From an uncultured Spirochaetota bacterium (GTDB lineage: Bacteria > Spirochaetota > Brevinematia > Brevinematales > JAOACQ01): DNA of 64,000 nt. This document shows, in pieces, positions 31,333-41,454 of this stretch; the stretch's first letter is position 1; the number at the start of each line of letters is the position of its first letter. Below the pieces are notes generated by a model. It made no database searches and had not been told where the DNA came from. It was given only the letters and a program-made list of their open reading frames with translations. The DNA lies in contig CAWAOD010000003.1 of assembly GCA_963783575.1 (NCBI GenBank), positions 96,001 to 160,000 of the forward strand. The letters run 5' to 3'. The translations under genes and the position numbers were made by a program.

Positions 31333-33573
31333 TTGAGGTTATATATGATACTCCCGTTGGTCAGACAATCTTTATTGTTTATTTCGTTTACAATGGTTTT
31401 TATTAATATAGCTGCCTCAGTTTTTCCCCTGGTGAACCTGGAAGCGCTTGAATTATACTCTGAGGGGAATTTCAGGCACAGTGTTGAAGTTTTGACCAAT
31501 AAAAGCGGCCTTTCAAGCCTCGAATATTATCTTCTGGGACGGGATTACCAGGAATTGAACGATATGCCCGGGGCAATATCAAATTTTGAAAAGGTCAAAA
31601 CGGATGATTTAAAGAAAGAGGATTCGGGAAGCTTTTATTTAGAGAATTACTGTTATTTTTGTTCAAAAGCATTATTAAGCTCTTCAGCCGCCGATACGAA
31701 TACGTTTATTACTAATCTTGAAGCGGTTTCAAACCTGTTCTGCATTCTGCCAGAAAATTCAGTCTACTCAAACCAGATCCTCGACACTTACCTTTTCTTT
31801 TTATGGAAATCCCGCCATTATAAAGGAATCACAAATCTGGAAGGTTCAAATTTTATATTAAATTTCTACAAAAATTTTTCAGAGCTGGCGTTAGGGAATA
31901 AAAAATCTCTGTCTTTAATATTGCAATACAGGAAAAATCAAACTTTTTTTTCTCTTTATAAAGATATAATGCAGCCGATCGAGGTTGATGATTTTAACGG
32001 GCTGAACAGGCAGGAATTATCAGAAGCTTTTTCGGCCTACCTGGGAATGAATCCGGATAAGAATAATTTCCGGTTCATGGATTATCTTCTTCAGCTTCAA
32101 TATTCGCTCAGCAAGGATGAAGATTTTTACATCAGCAGCAAAATGACAATTGAATTCCTGAAAGGCAATAAAAATTCAGCTGTTAAAGGGCTGATGAAAT
32201 TTTATGAGCAAAAAAAAGCATCGCTGAAAACCGTTAGGCTACTCGTTACATACCTTAATTTGACAGGAAAATACAACTCAGCTTTGAGTATCTTAAAAAA
32301 TGAAATTTTAAATGAGTATTCTCTCTATGATGATTACATCAATGTATTAACAAAGCTTGGAAAATTTGAGAACCTTTATGCCTGGTACCTGTCAAAATCC
32401 GGTAATCCGGCTTTTCTGAGGAATCATGAGGATGAAATATTCCGTATACTTTTGCGCAATAATTTAAATCTGGCAAAAAAAATGGCTGAATATTCGATAC
32501 GGAATAATAAGAATTATCATTTCGTTTATCTTTCCGGGCTTATTGATCTTAACGGAGGGGATGAGTCTACCGCTTACAGAAAATTTTTAGATGTTGAACT
32601 TAATGATCCTTATTCTTTTGAATGGATCGTGTCAAAGCAATATGAGGAAGCCTTACGGACAAATTATTTTCAGATTTACCGGGAAGAATTGAATAAAAAA
32701 ATCGAAAATCTTTCCACTCAATCCAATAAGACTGATCTATCAGCATTTTTAGCCGTTAATGAATCTGAGGATGGCAATTTTCATGGAACTGATCCCTGGA
32801 TAAATGAGATCGAATTATTCAGGCAGAAAATTAATGGAAGCCTGACTGCTGTTTCGAATGAACAATTGGATCCTTATGAAAAATATGTTAAGTCAGGGGA
32901 CAGCCAAATTTGCGGCTTTATCCCGGAATTATCCGGTATGATGGAAGCAAATATAAATGATAATGCCTTAAAAGCCAGGGCTGTTTACTATTACAGGGAC
33001 TGGTTTAAATCGATTCATTTGAACAGCCTTATCTTAAGCAGGCTGAATTCATACACAGAAATGCTTATGGGTTATAATAATTATTATCTAATGCTTGATA
33101 AAAACCTCCAGAAAGACCTGTTTCCCGTAGATCTTTTCGAAAGCGTCAATTCGGTTATCGGAGATACAAATCAGTCATACTGGGTTTTGTCGGCATTCAG
33201 GCAGGAGAGTTATTTTAACTATTCCGCCGTTTCACGCACAGGAGCAATTGGAATTTCCCAGCTTATGCCCGCAACGGCCGAAACTTTAAAACAAAGGCTG
33301 GGGAAAGAAGAATTGAGCATCTATGACTCAATGGATAATATCAATCTTGGAGCGGAATTTTTCAGGATTTTATTTAAAAAATACGGCGGAAATATCGCTT
33401 ATTCTTTAGCCGCTTATAATGCCGGTGAAACAACTGTAAATGCCTGGAGAAAAAAGTATCCTTACCGTAATGAACTCTGGTTTGAATGCCTGGATTATAA
33501 CGAGACAAGGGAATATATTAAAAATATTTATATCGCCAGGTTTTTTTACAGCAGAATATATAATAGCCACTAG
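31333..33573 (+). CDS. Soluble lytic murein transglycosylase (Slt-like, TPR-like N-terminus)
   Basis: Motifs RQES, SRTGAIGISQLMPATA, AAYNAG, ETREY; exact start uncertain. Confidence 0.88.
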   Translation: MRLYMILPLVRQSLLFISFTMVFINIAASVFPLVNLEALELYSEGNFRHSVEVLTNKSGLSSLEYYLLGRDYQELNDMPGAISNFEKVKTDDLKKEDSGSFYLENYCYFCSKALLSSSAADTNTFITNLEAVSNLFCILPENSVYSNQILDTYLFFLWKSRHYKGITNLEGSNFILNFYKNFSELALGNKKSLSLILQYRKNQTFFSLYKDIMQPIEVDDFNGLNRQELSEAFSAYLGMNPDKNNFRFMDYLLQLQYSLSKDEDFYISSKMTIEFLKGNKNSAVKGLMKFYEQKKASLKTVRLLVTYLNLTGKYNSALSILKNEILNEYSLYDDYINVLTKLGKFENLYAWYLSKSGNPAFLRNHEDEIFRILLRNNLNLAKKMAEYSIRNNKNYHFVYLSGLIDLNGGDESTAYRKFLDVELNDPYSFEWIVSKQYEEALRTNYFQIYREELNKKIENLSTQSNKTDLSAFLAVNESEDGNFHGTDPWINEIELFRQKINGSLTAVSNEQLDPYEKYVKSGDSQICGFIPELSGMMEANINDNALKARAVYYYRDWFKSIHLNSLILSRLNSYTEMLMGYNNYYLMLDKNLQKDLFPVDLFESVNSVIGDTNQSYWVLSAFRQESYFNYSAVSRTGAIGISQLMPATAETLKQRLGKEELSIYDSMDNINLGAEFFRILFKKYGGNIAYSLAAYNAGETTVNAWRKKYPYRNELWFECLDYNETREYIKNIYIARFFYSRIYNSH

Positions 33574-33608
33574 TCGCTAGCTGAAAGCGGTTTATTATTG
33601 TTTTGTTT

Positions 33609-34031
33609 TTAATGCCCATTATGCTTTTTCTTTTTTTTAACCTGCTTTAATTCAAATTTCATTTTTTGAATTGCTTCTTTTTCTTCACGGCCAATTTTTT
33701 TCACCTCGATTTTACCGGCTTCTCTTTCTTTTTTAATCGCATCATAGGCTTTTTTTGTTCCCGCTTTTGATTTGAGTTCTTTTGAAGCCATCCTTTGAAG
33801 CCTTTTCGGATTTATAACGCTGATATCATCCGGCATAATATCATTTTCCACTTTAACAGGTTTTGAATAGTTAAGCTTGATTTTATTATTTTTAATCAAT
33901 GTATATACTTCAAGATCGGTCGGTTCAGAACCGAAAACCCATCTCGCAGCCGAATAATGTCCATCTTCGATTTTCTCAAATAATCCGACCCAGAATGGGT
34001 CCTCAAAATGTACTAATATTTTGGTATACAT
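33609..34031 (-). CDS. yjdF: YjdF family (DUF2992) protein
   Basis: Motifs FEDPFWVGLFE, FGSEP, NPKRLQR, C-terminal KKKKHNGH; ATG at 34031 follows GGAGG. Confidence 0.9.
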   Translation of the reverse strand: MYTKILVHFEDPFWVGLFEKIEDGHYSAARWVFGSEPTDLEVYTLIKNNKIKLNYSKPVKVENDIMPDDISVINPKRLQRMASKELKSKAGTKKAYDAIKKEREAGKIEVKKIGREEKEAIQKMKFELKQVKKKKKHNGH

Positions 34032-34051
34032 AAAACCTCCAGTTTGTAAAC

Positions 34052-34148
34052 GGTATGAAACGGACATCCCCTGGAGGAAGGTTACTGACATATTACTTTT
34101 TGATCTATGCATCCGGACTACCAACCGGATAGTGTTTTTATCCATACC
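34052..34148 (-). ncRNA. yjdF riboswitch
   Basis: Minus strand AAAAACAC..CGGTTGGTAGTCCGGATGCA..TGTCAGTAACCTTCCTCC..GGGATGTCC with closing stem GGTATG/CATACC, directly upstream of yjdF. Confidence 0.92.
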
Positions 34149-34237
34149 AATAAATCACTTATTTCCTTTAGTTAATAACTTTATTAATAACTTTTTTTTA
34201 AAACCTCCTTATATTGAGATATTGAGACTTAGAAAAT

Positions 34238-35971
34238 TTACATATCAAGGAAATCCTTGCCGGAGAAGAGATATCTTTTGATCTTCCTTGTCGATGTTTT
34301 CTCGAATTCATCCCTTCTGATACGCCAGCCGCGGATTTTTTTATAATCGGCAAGTTTTGAAGAAACTTCTTTTATATGCTTGTCAATCATTTCCTCAATT
34401 AATTCATCTGTAATCTTGATCGAATTGATGCTTCCGTAAGTATCGAAATATTCATAATTAGGCACCACATAAGCGTAAATATTTTCACCTTTGCTGTGTT
34501 CGGCTTCAGGAACGCCCACAATCAAGGATTCCAGGACAAACGGGCTGTTGTTAAGCTGTTCCTCAATCTCTTCGGGATAAACATTCTTTCCGCCAGCGGT
34601 AACAATAATATTCTTTTTTCTTCCCGTAACGTATAGATAACCCTCGTTATCAATCTTCCCGATGTCGCCTGTGTAAAGCCAGCCGTTTTTATCAAGAATT
34701 TCTTTTGTGGCCTTCGGGTTTTTATAATATCCCCTCATCACATTCGGCCCTCTAACAAGGATTTCGCCATTTCCTTCGATATCTTCTGAATCTATCCGTA
34801 CTTCAACGAGCTCGATAGGGATACCGACGGATTCATTTTTAACTTTCCTGTCAAGGCGGTTTACCGCAACCACCGGCGATGCTTCGGTAAGGCCGTATCC
34901 GTTAAGCAGTGTCAGCCCGAGTGTTTCAAAGCCTTTGGCAACCTTATAATTCAAAGGAGCGGCTCCTGAAACGGCGAATTTTACTCCGTCTAGAAAGGCT
35001 TTTTTCCTCAAAAACTTAAATATGGATTTACCGGCGTTATTATTTGTGAATTTATTGAGCCCGGTTGTCAGATAGTAAAGGCCCATTATAAGCTGCTTGA
35101 GAATAATTGGAAGATTACGTAGCTGCCTCATAATACCCTCGTAAAGTTTCTCAAAAATCAAAGGCACTCCGATCATAATCGTAACGCCGGTTTCCTTTAT
35201 GTTTGCAAGCATTTTATTCGGCTTCAGGCTTTCGGCATAAGTCAGTGTTCCGCCGACATAGAGAACCGTCATTTCAACTGCAAATTCGAAAGTATGATGC
35301 AGTGGAAGTAAGGAAAGTATTGTGTCTGTCGGTCCTATCGGAACGGCCCTGCACAGGTAATTAAACTGGTGGGCAAAATTTTTATGCGAAAGCAGAACGC
35401 CCTTTGGATTTCCCATTGTTCCGGAAGTATAAATCAGGGACGCGATATCATTCTCTTTTACGTCATTGAATTTTACTTTTGAGACATACTTTGCCCCTTC
35501 ATCAATGATCTGCGAAAAAAATTTGATTTTTTTGTCGGAACGTATCAGGTGCGGCACATCATCGAATAGAATGAATTCGTTAACAAACTTCATAAGCTCC
35601 GGTTCGCCGGAAATATTTTCATATAGAGATTTCGAAATGAAAATGATTCTGGCCTTGCAGTCCATTATCAGGTTTTTAACTTCCAGGTCTGACAGGCGTG
35701 CGTCCAGAGGAACGGCCCACACACCTTTGGCGACAATACCCAGGTAAGCCATCAGCCATTCCGGCCTGTTTTCCGAATATATCGCAACCATATGGCCGCG
35801 GCGCATATGTTTGACTTTGTCAAAATAAGCGGCAATATATTTGGCGTTTTTTTGATAATCTTCAAATGTAAATTTCCTATATTCTCCAGTGTCGTCTTTC
35901 ATCTGGCTGACTACCTTATCGCCGAAAATGCCTATATAATCGACAAGAGCCTGAATAGTCTTAATCTCCAT
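34238..35971 (-). CDS. Long-chain fatty acid--CoA ligase (AMP-binding)
   Basis: Motifs YTSGTMGNPKG, GYGLTE, TGDIG, GRKKN. Confidence 0.92.
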   Translation of the reverse strand: MEIKTIQALVDYIGIFGDKVVSQMKDDTGEYRKFTFEDYQKNAKYIAAYFDKVKHMRRGHMVAIYSENRPEWLMAYLGIVAKGVWAVPLDARLSDLEVKNLIMDCKARIIFISKSLYENISGEPELMKFVNEFILFDDVPHLIRSDKKIKFFSQIIDEGAKYVSKVKFNDVKENDIASLIYTSGTMGNPKGVLLSHKNFAHQFNYLCRAVPIGPTDTILSLLPLHHTFEFAVEMTVLYVGGTLTYAESLKPNKMLANIKETGVTIMIGVPLIFEKLYEGIMRQLRNLPIILKQLIMGLYYLTTGLNKFTNNNAGKSIFKFLRKKAFLDGVKFAVSGAAPLNYKVAKGFETLGLTLLNGYGLTEASPVVAVNRLDRKVKNESVGIPIELVEVRIDSEDIEGNGEILVRGPNVMRGYYKNPKATKEILDKNGWLYTGDIGKIDNEGYLYVTGRKKNIIVTAGGKNVYPEEIEEQLNNSPFVLESLIVGVPEAEHSKGENIYAYVVPNYEYFDTYGSINSIKITDELIEEMIDKHIKEVSSKLADYKKIRGWRIRRDEFEKTSTRKIKRYLFSGKDFLDM

Positions 35972-36122
35972 ACCTATTCCTCCAAATTACCAGTCTGCCA
36001 CTTAATTATTTTACAAATAATCATAATTATTTTACCAATAATATATTTTTCATGCAAGAATGAGTATGGTTTTGTTTTTTTTAATAATTTGATATATAAT
36101 AAAATAAAGGAAGTAAACGTAT

Positions 36123-36482
36123 ATGAAAGGAATAATGATATTTTCGGCAACGATTTTATTCATAATATCGTTGTCGGCCCTTTCAGCCTGCCCTGACACA
36201 GACCTTGGAAACGGCAGCAATAGATATATAACAACACCGTCGGACAGGCAGACCGTAAGGGGTATTCAGACCATTGCCGTAACTCCGCCCGATAAGTTTT
36301 CCATCGACCATGTAGATTTCTTCATTGATGCTATTTTAAAGAAAACAGTATCCCAATCACCGTATACATATGAATGGGATACTCAAAATTACACAAACGG
36401 GCAGCACCAGATTTCGGTAAATTTATACAGCGTCGACGGGACCACCCTATCGGATGCAATTACCGTTTATGTCAATAATTAA
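36123..36482 (+). CDS. Ig-like (Big) domain lipoprotein
   Basis: Lipobox LSAC; VDFFID, PYTYEWDT..NGQH, ITVYVNN. Confidence 0.75.
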   Translation: MKGIMIFSATILFIISLSALSACPDTDLGNGSNRYITTPSDRQTVRGIQTIAVTPPDKFSIDHVDFFIDAILKKTVSQSPYTYEWDTQNYTNGQHQISVNLYSVDGTTLSDAITVYVNN

Positions 36483-36527
36483 CAAAAAATTCGGCAGAAT
36501 TTAAAATAATTTTGGAAGGATATTGAT

Positions 36528-37442
36528 TTGGTTTTGGAAAGATTGTCCGGAATACTGCCGGTAAACAAAAGTCCGGGAATGGGATCATACGACGTTATTA
36601 GAAAAATCAAGCGGATACTTCCCCCGGAATTGAAAAAGGAAAAGATCGGTCATGGCGGTACGCTTGACAATCTGGCTGACGGCGTTCTCCTGATACTTTT
36701 CGGCGAAGCGACAAAAGCTTTTGATTTTCTTTTAAATTCCGACAAGGTTTACCTAGCATCGGTACAATTCGGCGCTTTTACCAAAACCGATGATGCCGAA
36801 GGAAGTTTCATCAAAACTTTTGAGAAGAAAGCGTCTATAGCGGATATTGAGGGAATATTGCCGAAATTTATCGGTGAGATCAGCCAAGTTCCACCTGAAT
36901 ACTCCGCTTTAAGGGTGAACGGAAAAAGAAGCTATGACCTGGCCAGGGAAAATAAAAGCATTGAATTAAAACCCCGGCTTGTGAATATTAAAGATATTCA
37001 GATTAAGAATTTTGATAATCGGATGCAGCTTCTTACATTGAAAATAACATGCTCGTCCGGAACTTACATCCGCAGCATCGCCAGGGATATGGGTGCTGAG
37101 CTTGGATGCGGAGGTTATATCTCCGGGCTTACCCGCCTGAAAAGCGGAGGTATAAATATTGAAGATTGCATAACGCTGGAAGATTTGGGTAATGAGATAA
37201 TGCCGAAAATTGAACTTGAAAAAAAAATGATAGGGCTCTGCAGAGCGGTCCAGCTCCCGGAACTTGAAGTTAAAATGGATAAAGAATATATAAGGAATGG
37301 AAAATTACTTGACAATGAGGTTTTTACTTCTGCCCCGGTTAATAACGGACTTTATAAAATAATCAAAGACGATGTTTTGCTTGCCGTGATTGAGAAGAAA
37401 AATAAAATCTACAAATACCTCCGGGTGTTTAATGAACTGTAA
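36528..37442 (+). CDS. truB: tRNA pseudouridine(55) synthase
   Basis: Motifs GHGGTLD, QVPPEYSA, CSSGTYIRS. Confidence 0.93.
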   Translation: MVLERLSGILPVNKSPGMGSYDVIRKIKRILPPELKKEKIGHGGTLDNLADGVLLILFGEATKAFDFLLNSDKVYLASVQFGAFTKTDDAEGSFIKTFEKKASIADIEGILPKFIGEISQVPPEYSALRVNGKRSYDLARENKSIELKPRLVNIKDIQIKNFDNRMQLLTLKITCSSGTYIRSIARDMGAELGCGGYISGLTRLKSGGINIEDCITLEDLGNEIMPKIELEKKMIGLCRAVQLPELEVKMDKEYIRNGKLLDNEVFTSAPVNNGLYKIIKDDVLLAVIEKKNKIYKYLRVFNEL

Positions 37443-38748
37443 GCGGTCAATCCTCCTCATCAATCCGCACATAGAAGATTTCGCGGCTTACGACCATTTT
37501 TCCAAACCGCTCGGGCTTATATGGCTCGCTTCATATTTAAAAGAACATTTCACCCTGCACTTTGTAAATGCGCTGAACAGGCTCCATTCATCATTGCCGA
37601 AAATGAGGTTCAAGGAAGGAGGCACAGGCGATTTCCAAAAAATAGAAATTGAAAAACCGGCTTTATTGAAAGATATACCAAGAAGATTCAAGCGTTACGG
37701 TTTAAGCGGCTTGTCTTTTACAAATGAACTTAAATCGCTTCCCGAACCTCCTGATTATGTCTTCATAACATCCGGTATGACATATTGGTATACTGGTCTT
37801 GAGTACACAATTAGCCTTGTTAAGGATGTATACCCGGATTCAAAAATATTTTTAGGTGGAATTTACGCCTCACTCCTTCCCGAACATGCAGCGAAACGGA
37901 AGGGCGCTGATTTTATCAACCCGTTTCAGGATATGGATAAAACCCTGGGCTTTCTCGAAAATATTCTTCAAGTTAAATTTTCACGCGGGTATAAACCGCC
38001 TTCTTATGATTTGCTTGGCGAATATTATTATGCCCCGCTTATGACTTCATCGGGCTGCGTATTTAACTGCAAATATTGTGCATCAAGCTACCTGTCCGAA
38101 TTCCGTCAGTTCCCTGCCGATATGATCACCGATGAAATAATTCACCTTAATAATGATTTTTCCGTTGAGAATTTCGCTTTTTACGATGACGCGCTTCTTG
38201 TTAATTCGTTAAGCCATATCGACAGGATACTTGAGGGATTTTTAGAAAGAAGAGGCGGCAATGTATCGTTTTACACTCCTAATGGCCTGCATATAAGGTA
38301 TCTGACCGAAAAAACGGCACGTCTGATGAAAGAATCCGGATTTAAGGATATCAGGCTATCCCTGGAATCCTATGACCCGGGTTTTAACAGTATTGAAGGT
38401 GATAAAGCCCGTATGGACGAATTCCGCCTTGCTATGGAAATTCTCTATTACGCCGGTTTTGAGAGAAAAAATATTAAAGCCTATTCTCTCCTGAATGTCC
38501 CGGGTCAATCCTTTAAATCGGTTGAAAAAACAATGGAGGCTGTTTATTCCGCCGGTGCTTTACCGATGCTTGCTTTTTATTCCCCTATCCCTCACACTCC
38601 GGACTTTAAAAAAGCCATGCAGATTAGCGGCGTCAATGAGCCGCTTTTCCAAAATAACAATGTCTATTTATACCGGAACGGGTTCGATATTGAACATCTC
38701 AATTATCTTAAGCAGATGGAATTGAGGTACAGGAAAGAAGAAATATGA
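37432..38748 (+). CDS. B12-binding-domain radical SAM protein
   Basis: Motifs KPLGL, GGIYASL, GCVFNCKYC (CxxxCxxC), FYDD, TPNGL. Confidence 0.85.
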   Translation: MNCKRSILLINPHIEDFAAYDHFSKPLGLIWLASYLKEHFTLHFVNALNRLHSSLPKMRFKEGGTGDFQKIEIEKPALLKDIPRRFKRYGLSGLSFTNELKSLPEPPDYVFITSGMTYWYTGLEYTISLVKDVYPDSKIFLGGIYASLLPEHAAKRKGADFINPFQDMDKTLGFLENILQVKFSRGYKPPSYDLLGEYYYAPLMTSSGCVFNCKYCASSYLSEFRQFPADMITDEIIHLNNDFSVENFAFYDDALLVNSLSHIDRILEGFLERRGGNVSFYTPNGLHIRYLTEKTARLMKESGFKDIRLSLESYDPGFNSIEGDKARMDEFRLAMEILYYAGFERKNIKAYSLLNVPGQSFKSVEKTMEAVYSAGALPMLAFYSPIPHTPDFKKAMQISGVNEPLFQNNNVYLYRNGFDIEHLNYLKQMELRYRKEEI

Positions 38749-38764
38749 TGCCGCAGAGCCACGT

Positions 38765-38847
38765 ATAACATCGTGTTATTTGGCGAACTAATGTTCGCCA
38801 CTGGCTTATATATTAAAGAGTGGATATAATGGCGCATCCTTGCGCCC
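38765..38847 (-). repeat. Three-hairpin element, copy C
   Basis: Minus strand GGCGCAAGGATGCGCC-N31-GGCGAACATTAGTTCGCC-AA-ATAACACGATGTTAT. Confidence 0.8.
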
Positions 38848-39147
38848 AGAGTTCATGCCGAGCCCGTCGAAGCACGGTTTCCATAGCGTAGATATCTGCT
38901 TATTAAATATTGAATTATCCGATTTTTATTAAACATTCTTATTTCATTCAATAGCGGGACAATAGACAATCGTTTTAACCTTCAAGCTAAGAAGCAATAG
39001 GAGCACGGACAATTTTGCTGAAAAATAATGTGAAATGGCGCTAATGCTGCAGAGGCATTAAAGCAGACTTATTTTATTGCTAAAGATTATTGGAAACTGC
39101 TACAGGAAAAAGAATCACTGGTATAACCTACAAATCAAACAATCAAT

Positions 39148-39225
39148 GGGAGCAGGATGCTCCATAACATTCTCCCAATAGTTAAAAGCTAGCCGAACGC
39201 TAGTTCGGCAGCGACACGATGTTGC
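39148..39225 (+). repeat. Three-hairpin element, copy D
   Basis: GGAGCAGGATGCTCC-N28-GCCGAACGCTAGTTCGGC-A-GCGACACGATGTTGC. Confidence 0.85.
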
Positions 39226-39465
39226 AAAGAAGCTCTTAAATAATTTTATTTTTTCTATTGACATATGATTTTTTATGAATTATGATTAAGCGTTTGAAAT
39301 CAGTTGGATGCTATTCTGACAGAATGGTATTGATAAAATAATAAATAAAATGATTCCTTTCAAGAAACTAAGGCCATACCAAAGGTTTCTGGTTTTACCT
39401 TCAGTACCGATTTACTCAAAAATAATCATAACGGACCATTAATTATTATGAACCGGGAGGCGTTC

Positions 39466-39684
39466 ATGGATTATAACAAAGAAAAAGCGGACGAAGTATG
39501 CCTGGCTCTTCTGATTTTGACATCATTTGAGGAAAAGGGAATAATAAAAGACGAACCCATTCGTAAAGCATGGAAAGGGATGGCATGGGAAGTCCTGGGC
39601 AGGCTTTATGAAAAAGGGTATATCAGCGATCCGAAGAATAAAAACGGGGAAAGGATTAGTATACTTCGACTGCACTCTGTATAA
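39466..39684 (+). pseudogene. DUF6429-like small protein, apparently truncated at the C-terminus
   Basis: KADEVCLALL, AWKG, RLYEKGYISDP; the tail runs into a CTTCGACTGCACTC repeat-like sequence. Confidence 0.55.
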
Positions 39685-39761
39685 ACTCTGCCTCTGAGGA
39701 AGTATGGACTAGGGATTTGATGTTTTTTAACAGGAAAAAGGAACGGGGAGGAGAGAAAAAA

Positions 39762-41415
39762 ATGAAATTTACCGAAAAAGATATTCAAGCGATTACTTCG
39801 GAACAGTCATACCTGCGCGGTGTTGAATATTATCATGATGGCCTGGTTGAAATAACTGAACTGGCAAATGATTTTGTCCGGGCTGAAGTGGAAGGGTCGA
39901 TCACTTATATAGTGAAAGTGAACCTGAAAGATCTTGAGGATTATTCCTGCACCTGTCCATACGACCTGGGGGGAGCCTGCAAACATATCGCGGCAGTGCT
40001 TCTTGATGTACTGGAACAGCAGCATGCCGGTAAAATATCTTCCGTCATAAAGACCCCGGCTGCAGCGGAAACCACGGATGATATACTGAAAAAAGTATCT
40101 CTGGAAAAGTTGAGGAAATTCCTTAAAAAGGAAATGGATGATAATCCGGACATAAAAGACAGGTTTCTAATCCTTTTTGGTGAATTTTCTTCAAAAGAGA
40201 ACAGTCGGACGGTTGAGTATTACAGGAAAAAAATGACCAAATCCATGGAGGAATATGACCGGTACCATAGTTATATCTTATACAACGCTCCGGATTTCGA
40301 CCGTTTTTATAAAGAAGCAGACATCTGGATGTCAAAAAAACAAGCCTCTGGAAGCGATGAAAATTTACCGGGCGGCGGCGGAAAGTATAGCTGCGGTATC
40401 TGCAGGTGTGGATGATTCCGACGGGTATTTTTCGGATGAGTTTGAGTTTGCCGTCTCAGAATTCACGGATATAGCCGCCGGCCTGGATTTACAGGAAAAA
40501 AAGAATGCGATGGAATATCTATTTGACAGATATATCCGGAATGACCCGGACTACTATCAGGAATATTATGATAATGCGCTGAGAATACTGGCCGAAGGAA
40601 AGCAAGAGCTTCTCATCTGGGAAAACCTTTTGAAACCTTATTTTGAGAAAATACCGCAGGAAGGAGTGGAGGAAATCAATTATCAGGAACATGATATTTT
40701 GGATTCATGGCTCTGGATTCAGGACGGTCTGGATAGAAAAGAAGAGGTAAATAAAATATATGAAAATTATTACCACGTCAGCAGCATGATTTTCGAAAAG
40801 TATCTGGAGAAACTAATCGGGGCCGGTGAACCGGAAAAAGCGAAAGATATCGCCGAGGAGAGGGAGCCGCATTTATTTCCACGTGCGCAAATTGCGGCGC
40901 GCGAGTTTTTGGTTTCCTATTATAAAGGAAAAGACTGGGAAAAGTATTATGAAAAAATGGAGAAGCTGTTCAAGAGCAGTTCCGGATGGAATTATTATGA
41001 TGAAATGAAGAAGTCGCTTCCCCGTGAGATATGGGACAAAAAACTTCCCGATTTAATCGAATATATGAAAAAGAATTCTCATTATACGACATTGATTGAC
41101 CTGTATATCCGGGAAAACAGGAAAACCGAGGCGCTGGAAACGCTTCTCAAACAGTCGTGGACGGAGCCTCTGGCGAAATATCTGAAGACACTGGGTGATG
41201 TAAATCCCGGCTTATATTTTGAGGCGTTCAGGAAAGCCATAGAACCGCGGACTAAAGACGCTTCCTCCAGGGGGCATTATCGGAATGTGGCGGCATGGCT
41301 AAAAAAAATGAAGACTCTTAAAGGGCAGGAGAGAAAATTTCGGGATTTTTTGGATGAAATCAAAAGAAATAATACCCGCAGACCGGCTTTTTTGGAAGAA
41401 TTGAAGGGAATATAA
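39762..41415 (+). CDS. SWIM zinc-finger protein with helical C-terminus, frameshift in an A7 run near 40340
   Basis: RGVEYY, VEGS..Y, SWIM motif CTCP..GACKH, DDSDG, C-terminal RRPAFLEEL. Confidence 0.85.
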
Positions 41416-41454
41416 AAATAATGTTGACATTAAGATAAAAGAAGGGGGAAGTGA

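Noticed and set aside
34032..34145. N-terminal extension of YjdF in the ORF track
   Set aside because: It overlaps the riboswitch. The RBS-supported start is at 34031.
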